From contig JAAOMT010000009.1 in assembly GCA_016748015.1 (NCBI GenBank), positions 1,010,459-1,074,458 of the forward strand: a stretch of 64,000 nucleotides of DNA, given 5' to 3'. Below the pieces are notes generated by a model. The model was not told the origin of the DNA. It saw only the letters and a program-made list of their open reading frames with translations, and did not search any database. The stretch is from Geosiphon pyriformis uo1 (taxonomy: Eukaryota; Fungi; Glomeromycota). Both the position numbers and the translations under genes were made by a program. Shown here piece by piece: positions 1 through 12,600 of the stretch. Every line of letters starts with the position of its first letter. Position 1 is the first letter of the stretch.

Positions 1-3000
1 GTGCACCATTACTTGTCAATACCGCATTTTTTGTTTTCTTTTTCTGGAATTTATTTAGTATCATAGCCGTTCAAGCCTTTAAAGGATCATTTTTACGGCA
101 TTGTGTTTGGATCGATCCAGAAAAAAAGCAAAACTTTACCCTTTCTGATCAATATTGTGGTGGACATGTAAATGGAACGACTGGGATGCCTTCACCTTAT
201 TTGGATTTTAATAATCAACCGGTTTTAGATTATGGAAAAGGATATATTTGCCCCATGGGACAACTTTGTTTGGTATTTTTTTTTTTAAATTTTACAAATA
301 TTCTCAGATTAATTGGCATTTAACGTTATGCTCAAATTTAGGAAACAAAAAATCCATATAATGGAACTGTCAAATTCGACAATATCTTCTCCTCTATGAT
401 TCTTGTGTTCATCATTTCATCTGGTAAAAGATATTCCTATTTATACTCTCTTGATCTTATACTTTTTAAGTTTCGCATCAATATCCAAATTAAAAGACCT
501 AAATATAGCATTAATCCTTAGTTCAAAATTGGTCTGACCTCATGTACCAAACTATGGATTCTGATTTTGATTGGGCTGCCTTGTTCTTTCTTGCGGTGGT
601 GCTTGTATTGAATTTTTGGATAATAAATCTTTTCGTTGCGGTGATAACAGAAATGTTTGCTAAAATTCGAGAAGATACTGCACATTCGGCCTTTACCTTA
701 TCCAAGTAAGTTAACAATAATAAAATCCTCTATTCATTTTTAAAGATAGTCAAGAATTATCTTTGTCTTAGAACAACCCCAATATTATCGGATAATGACG
801 ACGGCTGGACTCTGCAAGAGGGTAATAAAATGGCTCGAGTTAATTCTTTGACTCGTTTTATGAATGAAACTAAATATCTTTGGATCCTGGCCATAATTAT
901 CGACCTGATAATAATGAGTTTTCGAAGTTCAAGAATGAACGAAAATGGCATTGCTTTTTTATGTGAGTTGTTTTCATTTTAACATAGATTATGTAGCCGA
1001 TCCTAAAACAAAATTATTTATTCAAATTCAATTAGCACGAGCTGAGCTTGTCTTCACTCTGATATTTGCCGTGGAGATAATTCTTCGATTTGGTGCTACT
1101 TTGCTTGACTATCGCCTTTTTTTCCGTTCTAAAAAGAATTCTGTGGATTTTGCCATCGCTGTTATTACATGTCTCATTCAACTTCCCAATATCAAAAGTT
1201 CTCCTGCTTATCCTTACTTAACAGTTTTCCAGATAATGAGAGTTTATCGTGTTGTCATTGCTTGGCCGCGTATGAGGAATTTACTTGTAAGACCTGCTTT
1301 ACCTTGAGATGTCCTTTTTTGTTAAAACACTTGTATATCGACATCTAACACAATTTTTTCCAGATGCGTGTGTTAGGTAGTGCTGTGGGTTTAGCTAACT
1401 TAATATTCTTCATCGTTTTAGTTAATTTTATAACTGCCATTATTGTAGGGAACCTTGATTTTTCCTTGATTTATTTTGCTGAGCTGACTAAAACCTGACC
1501 TTAGATACCTAAAATTAAATCTATTAGGGTATTCAAATAATTCGTGGTGATATACCTAGTGTAGATGATGATGGAAATGAAATCGAGATGCGATTCAGTG
1601 ACATATTCAATGGTTTTATCGCCTTGTATCAGGTATTTTGTTTGATCGATCTAAAACCGTCAAAATTTTCAATCCTCATTTCTTTGCTTTACTTGAGCTC
1701 TTTTCAGGAGAAGATTGGACCACGGTCCTCTATAACATCATGTCATATGAAAATAGTTGGCATGCCTCAACTATATCAGCAATATTTTTGATCACTTGGT
1801 TCAGTTTGTCAAATTGTATGTCTGGCTAATTTATGCATTTGAACATTTCGAATTTGATCTCATCCAATTTTTATTTTTTACTCGCAACTCTAAAGTTGTT
1901 CTTCTTAATATGTTCATTGCTGTTGTGCAAGAAAATTTTGAAACAGCTGAAGAAGAAAAACGAAAGCAACAGGTCAAAGCGTTCTTACGAAAAGCTGGAC
2001 CGAAAGTTAAACAAGAAGATATCATTGATTCCTGGAATGTTTATAGATTTTTTAAGGCCAAACCAAAATCTTTAGCCGTGGAAAATATCCCTTCTAGCTT
2101 AATCTTATCTACACAAAAGAGTCGCGTCAGGGATTTTTTAAATGAAGATAATATTATCATGCAAAACAAGGTAAAGATTTTGATTTTAAAATCAATAAAA
2201 CTTTTGTTTTTCAATCAACCTTAAAAGAAGTCTTGTTCCATAGAAAAGCTCACGATCTGATCACCACGAAGATGGGAATGGGTTTATGGCCCGTCTTCGA
2301 CGAATTTTAAGGCAAGAAGATGAGGATGAACACATTGCTCTGGCAGATTACCAATATGGCAGACGTAGATCTGAATATGACGACTCAAATGGGGCTTTGA
2401 TGACTAAGTGACTAAAACAAATAAATTATTTATTTAGACATACTCAGTTGCTAAGTTTTTTCTTCCTTTGGCTAGTGAACCTAATTCTGGTGATACAATG
2501 AACGATAGACCTGTTGAGGTAGCGCTTGACGACTTTCAAGAGCGACAAGCAATAAAGGCCGACTTTATTGCTGCACATCCAAATTATGATGAATCTCTAT
2601 GGTTTTTATCCCCTCGAAATCGTATAAGACATTACTGTCAACTGCTTGTGCCTCCCAGCTATGGAAAGCGATTATTTGGCACTGCTCCTTCTCCTACACT
2701 CAGCGTGCTATTTAATATATTTGTCTTTCTTTGTATTATTGCCAGTGTTGTTGTGGCCGCCATAACCAATCCAGCATACCAAAAGACCTATTTTGCCCCT
2801 AACAATGAAAAAAGAGTCACATGGTTTTGGATAACTGACACTGCTTTCACCGGGTTGTTCACCATCGAGTTTTTAGTCAAAATAATAGCAGATGGGTTCC
2901 TTTTCACTCCTAATGCCTATCTTCTAAATGTTTGGAATTGTTTAGATTTTTTTGTTCTGGGAACGCTCTACTTCAATATTCTATCAAGCTTATTGAATCC

Positions 3001-6000
3001 TAACGGAGTCTCGAGAGCTGTTCGCGCATTTAAAGCCTTGCGTGCTTTAAGATTAATCAATCTATCGGGTTCCATAAAGGAGACATTTTACGCCATTCTC
3101 ATTGCCGGTGCACCTCGCATTTTGGATGCAGCTCTGTTAACAATCAGTTTAATTATTCCTTTTGCAATCTATGGACAGAACATTTTTTCTGGACTATTAT
3201 TCTTTTGTAATGACGACGGCCCACTGACCAAAAATGAGTGTAATGACGAGTATATGTCAAAACCATACAAAAATTGGCCTGTGTTGGTACCTAGAGTTTG
3301 GGATAATCCCTATGTTTGGAGCTTCGATAACTTCCGATCAGCTTTACTGACTCTTTTCGAAATTGTTTCGGGAGAAGGATGGATCAATGTAATGACATCT
3401 GTCATGAAAATTAATGGCCGTGATCAAAAACCTCAAAGAGATGTAGCAAAATGGAACTCCCTTTTTTTCATAATCTTCAACATGGCAGGGGCAGTATTTG
3501 TATTGACCCTATTTATTAGTGTCATTATTGAAAATTATCAAAGACGATCAGGATCGGCTTTTTTAACTGCTGACCAAAAGCGGTGGATTGACCTCAAAAA
3601 GTTACTTAAACAGTCAAATCCGTCAAAGAGACCCAAGATTCGACCCCAAAATCCTGTTCGAGCTTTTTGCTATGATCAAGTAATTCAAAAACGCGGTTGG
3701 TTTTCGCGGTTCATGACAATTGTCTATATACTCCATATCCTGAACCTAATGGCAGAGTATCGTAATGCTCCGGAATGGCTGGACCTTGTTAGAGGTTGGT
3801 TATGGAAAGCCCTCATAATATACACTAAAGAAATCTTATCTTTCAAATTCATTCAACTTTTTTTAGGCGATGCTTTCCTCTTATTTATCGCAATTTACAT
3901 TATCGATATATGTGTCAAGCTCTCGGGATTTGGATGGAAAGTTTTTCGAGATAATCGATGGAATTTATTCGATCTGTTTGTCGTATCTGGGGCCGCCTTC
4001 ACCACGATTCCAATGAAATTTGGATTAGTAAACAACCAGGCTATCGTGCAACTACAAAAGCTATTTTTAGTTGCGATCTCGTCCAAATTGATTCAAAAGA
4101 GTGACAGCCTTAATCAGTTGTTTAAAACTATGGCGTAAGTTTGCATAAATTTCTGGAAGGCAATTGTTTTCTTTAACCTAATTTGTTTATCTTTTTTAGT
4201 GGAAGTTTACCGTCTATTTTCAACTTATTTGCTGTATGGTTTGTTGTCTTTTGCGTATATGATATCATGTTCATGGAAACTTTTGGGTTGACAAAATATG
4301 GCAGTACAGCGACCAGACATGTTAATTTCCGGAATTTTCAAAATTCATTTATTACCCTTGCCAGAATGTCGACTGGGTGATTATTTATTTTGTAAAATCA
4401 CTTTTTTGCAAATCCTTGGCACTCTAATTTTTTATGGTTTTACAGTGAGGGTTGGAACACCATAATGCATGATTATGCTATTGAGGCACCATTTTGTGTT
4501 GATTCACCTTCTTATTTTCATTCTGATTGCGGGAGCAAACCGTGGGCATTCTTTTTATTCATATCTTGGAACGTTATTTCAATGTACATATTCGCCAATA
4601 TGTTCATCGTTGTGGTTATCGACAACTTTTCGTATTGTTATCAAATCGCAGCTGAATTTTCATTGGTTAATCGAGAAGAGATGAGAAAATATCCTTTTTT
4701 CCTTTCCCCAATTAACTAGTCAATTTTATTCCGAGGGAAATTTCCTTGACTAAATGATCACGTTCAAAAAAGCGTGGGGTGCCGTTGACATCGACCGAAC
4801 TGGCTATATAAAAAGCCAAGACTTTGCCAAATTTTTTGGGGTAAATTCATTTCATCATAATCAAATAGAGTATTATTTTCAATAGGAATAATTTGTGCCA
4901 GAATAATCGATCTGACTAATGGGCTTTGGGCTTAATTCTAGCAACTCTCGGGTTGTTTTGAAGTCAAGATTTATGAGGATGTTTATTCGGTACAAAATAT
5001 AAAAAAGAATTCATTAAAATCGGATGTTTCGGCGAGGACAGGATTATGGGGTAATACCAAAGAGCGAGATAATAATGGGGCAGAAAATATAGATCTTCAA
5101 CGACTTGGAAAAAATATTGCAGAAATTAATATGGCTAAGGTTCATGAGCGCAGACGAATTTATAATTATTTGTACCAGGTTTGAAGTGCAAATAAATATT
5201 TGACATTTGTTTCATATCCCATTTCGATAACCATTTAGTTCATTTTTATGTTTACCATAGGAGGCTCTTTTGTCTATAGAAAGAGACAGCAAGGATAACG
5301 AAAAGGGTATCTCTTACAACAATATGCTTATAATGCTCGCACATTATAAGCTCGTAGATGATGATAAATCTCTGGAGTAAGTTTACGATTCGAGTTCTTT
5401 AGAGTAATTCAATGATATTGACCAAATTAAAGAAAGAATGTGTCCTATATTTTCACAGAATCAATGAGCTCTTAAAGCGTAAAGAAAAATTGGAAAAGGT
5501 AACTGATAACGTTAACCGTGATCGGGTAGAGTCTTTGCTTCGAACAATCTATTGGCACCGCAAGTTCAAAGCATATAAAGAACAGCATAAAATGGAACGA
5601 TCTAGCGTTGGAACTGGTGGAGGTAAAAAATATTTCTTTTTTGGGATTTTAATTCTTTCACATTATAAAAATTTATTCCTATCGCTAGTTCCTCGTATAA
5701 CTGTCCATCATTCGGAGTCTCCTTTAAGAATTGCAACCGATTCAACTGAACTTAATCGTGCTTCAAGTCAATTGACCCATATGAGCCTTAATCAAAGTCC
5801 TATAACTGGGAATTCTCCAATATCATCTTCCCCAATATCACCCAACTCGGCTTTTGAAACAAATGATTTTTTCACCAACAGCGCCCATGCATCCACAGAT
5901 TACGGCCGAATATATGAAGAATTGTAAGTCAGCAATTCATCAGATTTCTATTCTATAATTGACTTATTTAAATTCATTTAAAACTAGTGATCCAACAAGT

Positions 6001-6220
6001 GGATGGAGATCGATCGATGCAAATGTTGAAATGGATGATCAAACAGCCGATTTAGTTTTAGAAAGATTACAAAGCAATATATGGCATGGTAAGTTGGCTC
6101 TTCAATTTTCTCATTCTTCTAATTAAAATAAAATCATCAGTCTACAGTGGAATTTCTCATCTTTCTTTAGATGTCCTTCAAGAAGTTACCCAAGAAAATC
6201 TACAATCTAATCAAGAGTAA
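1..6220 (+). CDS. CCH1: Cch1/NALCN-family four-domain Ca2+ channel alpha subunit (5'-partial, multi-exon)
   Basis: S4 voltage-sensor segments (FQIMRVYRVV, RAVRAFKALRALRLI). Pore loops SSVQNWSD / FSGEDWT / VSGEGWI / STGEGWN. S6 segments NLFVAVI, LNMFIAVV, LTLFISVII, NMFIVVV. Exons join in frame to TAA at 6218-6220. Confidence 0.95.
4689..4761 (+). other. U12-type (minor spliceosome) AT-AC intron in CCH1
   Basis: 5'SS ATATCCTTTT, branch site TTTCCTTGAC (4741-4750), terminal AC. Removal restores EEMRK|FKKAWGAVDIDRTG. Confidence 0.93.
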
Positions 6221-6670
6221 AAACTTAGTAGTTGAAAATGATAATCGAAAATCAATCACAAGATATCTCGAAAAATTTAAAAATAGCTAACCTCAAATGT
6301 AATATATAATTTTGAATCATAACATGTGAATGTAATATTAACAGCAATTAAATCGGATATGCGATATTTAATACAAACGGTAGAAAAATAATCTTATCAA
6401 GTAGGCTAGATCGAGTATTTGGTTTTATCATGGTAGTGATGATTAATGTATATATCAAAAAGGTACATAAAGTAATAGAATGAAAGACTATTTTACAAAT
6501 AAAAGGTGGTATGTAGACGTCACACATTCAAAATAATACACCTGCAATCAGATCTCCAAATGAAAAACGGTCTATACCTATAAAAAAGTAAAACGACAAA
6601 TTATTCTAAATTATAGCGAAAAATCTATTTAATGTGATGTAAAAATAGTTTTGTTAAAAAAATAGTGAAA

Positions 6671-9600
6671 TTAGGAATAGTCCACATCATAAGGAGTTGC
6701 CCCATGGGACAAGGATCCACCAGTTCGTCTTGGTTGCAATAAGGCTCCTGGGGGATATCCACTGTTATTATTGTGGGTCCAAAAGGTTTGTCTATAATCA
6801 TTCCAAGAGGTCACATCCTCTTCAGAGAAAGACGTAGAACTCATTAATTGAAATCGCGCAAAGTCCTCAGAATCTCTCCTCCTCAAATTTCCGTTTAAAG
6901 GAACGACTGTTTTACCTGTTGAAGAGGAATCCGTTGATGACTTAGTAGTATGATTAGAATAATGTTCTGCGAATGATCGCAAGGAGCCCAATGAAGAAGG
7001 CTTTGACATATGGGTTTCTAAAACCTCTGCTGCTTCAAAATGAGTATCGGTCTTTGTCGAGTTTGTGACAATCGATTCATCGCCAAGATCTTGATGAATT
7101 ATACGTGGTATGGAATATGTTATTGATGGAGTATGTGTAGACACATCTATGCTGTCATCGCCAATTACTATATCTGAATCATCATCGCCCGGACCAAAAT
7201 AATTATCCAGATCCCGAAGTTCGTCCTCAATTTCACTAAATTGATTACGTCGTGTGGGTGTTTCACTACTATAGCTATTTGTAAAATCTCCCGCGAGTTC
7301 TGGATAGAATTCATAATCAAGAAGCGCCATTGCTGACTTACAAGTGGAACAAACAGCTTGCACATTTGATCGTGTATGTGAAGCCGTGATAACAGGATCA
7401 GGGACAGCCCAACCAGATTCTTCAGGATTGCCAAACAAACTGGCAGTTGTATCGAAATCTTTTTGAACCCGTTTCGCGTTTATGCTCATTCGAAGAATGT
7501 GTTTGTCTTTTGGCCCCCCCGTTATGGAGATTGCTTCATCTAAAACTTCTAATGCTTCTTGAGCGTACTGGGTAGGTAGTAGACGGAGAAGGGGAAGGAT
7601 CAATTCAGCCCCGATTCCGTCATATTCTACTCTAGACGTATCCACATATGGTAGCAACAATTTAAGAATTTTCATTGTCATCAATTTGTAGTATGGAATT
7701 TTATTTGAGAGTAAGCCCATCAGGAAAAGCAAAATCTGAGACTCGTAAACCGAAAAATAATTATCGCGTATTACTACAATGATCTCTTTCATAAAGTTTT
7801 CTTCTTTTCGTCGGAATCGTCCTTTGATATATGAAGTGAGAATGCGCTCAAGATTGTGTCGATTTTCATGTTCCGCAAAAGATGCCAAAGCTTGTGCCCA
7901 TTCAGTGCATTCCTCAAATATGGTATCATTGTTTAATGCATCAACCATCCTTGGAAGATTGGCTAGTAAAAGAAATAAAAGTCTCCCTTCAGATCGATCT
8001 ATCAAGGAATCATCATGCAAATGCATCAATTTTCGTAACATATTAAAAGTAGGCTGGAGAGAAATTGAGGATCGAATGCCTTTCATCAACAACGGCTGAA
8101 TTCCTTCGAACGTTCCTTTCCATTTGTTTTCTGGAAAAAATCCCCAGAAGAGGGCTTGATTTTCTTGATCTTGCATATCAAATTTGTCCAAAAGTTTGTC
8201 GAGAATAGTTAATGCTTCCAAATATTCCGGTTCATTTATCGTTTCGAGGCATGCAATCGTAGCCCAAAGTAATTGTGGAAAATTTTCTTTAGTGCTTGGT
8301 GGAAGACAATCGACAACATGACTAAGCGATATTAATATTTCTAAAGCGAATCCTTGAATATCAACAGATGTGTCGGCAATAGTATTGGATAATCGTGAAA
8401 GCATATCAGCTAACATACGTTCATTAAATGCTGGTTTCAATGAGCGGAAAATCTGAAACGAACGACAAGCTATATGTCGGACTGGGCAGGAAGTAGCCCA
8501 TTCTAAAGCCTGCTCACCCCACATTTGTAATAGAGCTTCTTGGCCGTGTTGGAAAATGTTTACAACATCTTTAGACAATCTTTCAAGGTCAATTAGACTA
8601 CTAATTGATCGATTACTGTATGATATATCTTCATGTGGCCAGAGTTGAGGTCCTTCCTTACAATTCAACTCTGTAACCAATGCCGTTCCCATTTCCACAG
8701 CATCAGGATAAACACACTTTCCTATGATAATTGAATATATCAAGTTTACCAATAATGCACGAGCCTCCTCGCTTATAAGAGGATTTGCAGAATCTACTTG
8801 CACGAAAAGTACATGCAACAATAGTGGTAAATAGATTTGGAGATCCGAGCCAGCTTCAACAGCCATATCAACCATGTAAAGCATAGCCAATTGTCCTGCC
8901 GAAAACACTGGTCGCTTATTATGAGCCGGTAATACTTCGTCAAAGTTGGCATACCATAAATCACTTGTTGCCTTCTTTGCCGTGTCTCCATTTTCTCGTG
9001 GCTGGGGAGTCATAGATTTTGGTGTTATCTCTGAAGTAAGTCGTTCAATGACGGCTGCACAAGCTGGTGTTCTTCCTAGAAATACAAATACTCTTTTTGC
9101 GTGGATAACAAAATTTGGATTTCTTTTTTCTAATCCAACATCGATCAAATACTTTACGATTGCTCGAATATTAGCCACATGTTCTCCAGTAACTAATTGT
9201 TGCCAGATTAGTTCAACCTCTTTGACGTGAATGTCTCCATATTTCAAAGTGATGAAAAACAAGTTAGAAATGATCATGTTGGTGGTGGGGTGAAGTACAT
9301 CGTCTTCGGTCACGATGAATCCAATATTCCGCAACCACGGCAAAAAATAATTTAACATGTCTCGTTGGCCTTTTTCCCGAACAGAATCGAAACGTAATGT
9401 GAACTCGGATAATATATAATATGTTTCATCGAAAAGTTTATCATCGGGACGCGCTGTATCAGCTGGTGATTCTCCATCAATGTTTCGCTGTCCTTCATTA
9501 TATATTCGTTTCTCCTCGTCTCTTTTTCGTGCATTATGAGCCAGTCGAGTGGACAAGGCAATCTGTGCTTGTTCATAAATCGAAGATAATTGGCTCGTAA

Positions 9601-12600
9601 TACCTATTTCATATTCGGCAGCACAACATTCGTTGTAAAACCTTTTCTCGACTATTTTCAATAAGCTAATGGCAGTCTGACGAATTTCCAATTCTGGATC
9701 GCCAACCTTGAAAAGTGCCAGCGCAATAATTTGGCATGGATATTCCAGGGGGTAATTCTTGACTTTGAATAATGTATGAGCGATCGCCAGAAAGAAGCCC
9801 TGCGTGCTTTTCATTGATGGGTTTCCAGTATAGCATTTACCAATGAAATGATTCAAAATGAACGGATCATTTGCATTAGAAACGAGTAAGCCTTCTATTG
9901 CTCTCCTATAAAAGAGGGACAATAGTTTAAACCGTTGGTAAAGTTTAAATTACTATTCCGAACATATAATTCTGGCTGAAAAAGAAATTTTGAAATATAC
10001 AAACCTGGCAATGGGATGAAGTTTATCTTGAGGATCATTAAAAACAGATTCGATCCATTTTAATAAATTTTTATCGTCAAAAAAGATTGGCTTGTCATTT
10101 TCCTTGACACATTTTAACGGGCCTTTCTATTGTGGCCAATGTAATTGACAAAAGAATTGAAGAATGAAACAAGCAAAAACCTTTTGTGTAGATTTTATAT
10201 AAATTAGTATTGGAATTTGACGTACACATAGTGCTGCCATAGCATTCAATGCCGCCAATTCTAACGCCTTTCGTTCAGTTTCCAGTTGAGCCGCAATCGG
10301 ACGTCGTTCGTCCGGATCTTTTGGGAAATTTTCCAGATATAATGATATGAGTTTTCCATCGCGATCACGATTCTCTCTTCCTTTTTCCCCGTGGCCACAC
10401 CATTCTTCAAACATATTGAACAGAGATAAACGCATTTCAAATGGCATGATTTCAAGTTCACTTTTGATATTGTTGAGACGAGAAATTCCTTCATATAATT
10501 TCTCAATGAGGCCGCAAAAATATTGACGGAGTTTCTGAAATTCAAAATCGTTCGTCAATTCTGGCTCCCGTAAAAAGCTTATGGTATCTTTAACAAATTC
10601 CATGATCCAGGTCTCAATTGTACGATCGCATATACGCTCTGTATCGAGAAGGAAATGCCCCGTCAATTGAAGTACCCGAGCGACTTCGGTTCGAACTCGA
10701 TCCCACTTCTTCATTCGTCTGAGTATAGTTGGATAATTTTTGGTCGCGCTCTTTGAACGGTGGTCATCATTTATAAATTTAATATATGGCTTTAAATCAT
10801 TCAGCAAAACTTTATAAACATGAGAATTGATGTTTCCAAGTGCCACAACAACCGCGTCTCGTATCAAATTATGATCAGAATAGAGAAACCCCAAAATTCT
10901 ACGAAACAAAGCTCTTGCAGACGTGATGCGATCTCCCGGTATAGATTCTGATCGCTTTCGTTCTGTTGGCGGAATCCGATCAGTATAATCATCTAAAAGA
11001 GTAATAGTTGAACAGGCAACAATCAAATAAGAACGCCACTGATTAATGATTTCATCTGTGGGCGAAACTGACTTGGTATGAAATCTTGTCATGGACAGTG
11101 TAGTCGGAGCACGAGGAAATGATTCCGATAAATTCAGTATAGTTTGGTTCATTCGAACTATTCGTATGCAGACATTATTACGACACAATGCAACAGTCAC
11201 CGGGAAACGTTCAAAACAAATCTTCATAAATTCTGGAAAACAACGGGACCAAATTACAATGTCCGCACTATGCTCACTTTCAACTAAACGTAAAAGAACG
11301 TCTTTTTTGCCTTGTTGTTGTAATTTCTGTAAACGAATTTGCTCCACTATTGTCAATGGAGTCTGTGATACCGAGGTCACCAGTTTATCAAATTTAATAA
11401 GATCTCCACCACCAAGACCGAGTACATGAATTACACGAGTATATGGTTTCTTGTTCTCCTTATTGTTAACAGAATAATGTAATTTTACATTGGATTCTGA
11501 TTTTATAGTGGTCTGACCACTTTCCATCTCCACTACAGTAATTTCATCGTTACTACGCGAAGTATTTAGTGAGTGATCGCTTGATTCAGGAAGAGTATTC
11601 CGGCGAGATAACGGTAGCTCATTGTTGCGTCGCTGAGCGTATTCCAATTCAAGCTCAGCCACATGTTTTAAAATGTCAACAGCATACTTTCTGATATTAC
11701 AACATTGACTGCAAAGAAAAAGCAATCCGTTTGCCTCAGTTTCTTCAATGATTGTTCGTATGGTCTGATTATCTGGCTCCGTACTGGTAATATTTTTGGA
11801 GTTATCCGTATTAATTGATGATTCCACTCCACCACTGAGAAAGCTGACTATAGGATTATTACCACGTAATTGATCCAGCCAGACTCGCAATAATTCGAGA
11901 TAAAGTTTTAACACCCCTCCAAATTTAGTGCCAGTTCCTGGACCTACTCCAGCCAAAATCTCGGCGTATTTATCTTCAATTTGATAGACGAACCTTGAAA
12001 ACCCCATTATTACTATATCAGCACCACATTGAGCTGCAATTCGTCCAAGTGCTTGAGCAGCAGCTTTTGCAAGATCGGGATCAAGGTGAACAGTGTATCT
12101 ACAAAGCATTTCAATAGTGGTCCCTATGTTGACTTTTAGTGGTAATAATCTGGGAAGTGCTCGAATGTAAGTTTTTAGCAAATCCAAATAAGGCTGCTTG
12201 TCTCTGGAATATGTAACACTGAGGGTAGCATATGAATGGTATATTGTATTCTCACTCATTGCCGTAACAACACCATCACCCACTGGTGATACTACACTAG
12301 ATCGAGGCTGAAGATGTCTCTCATCATATATCAGCAGCATGCTTCCATAATGATTACTATCAACCACCCAAATGATTTTCCAAGCAATTTCACAAAACTT
12401 CTGAAAAGTCTCTTTCAAACCAGGTCGATTGAAAAAGGACTCGGGAAGTATATCTGATGTATTTCCCAATTTCAATAATTGGGCCATAATATCTCTGGGT
12501 TCCAAGCTATTCAGAAACGGCGGTTTCATATCTGGATTCAACATCGCTGTCAGTAAGAGTCCAAATGCCCGAATTCCAATATGCATTCTCTCTGGTGCTA

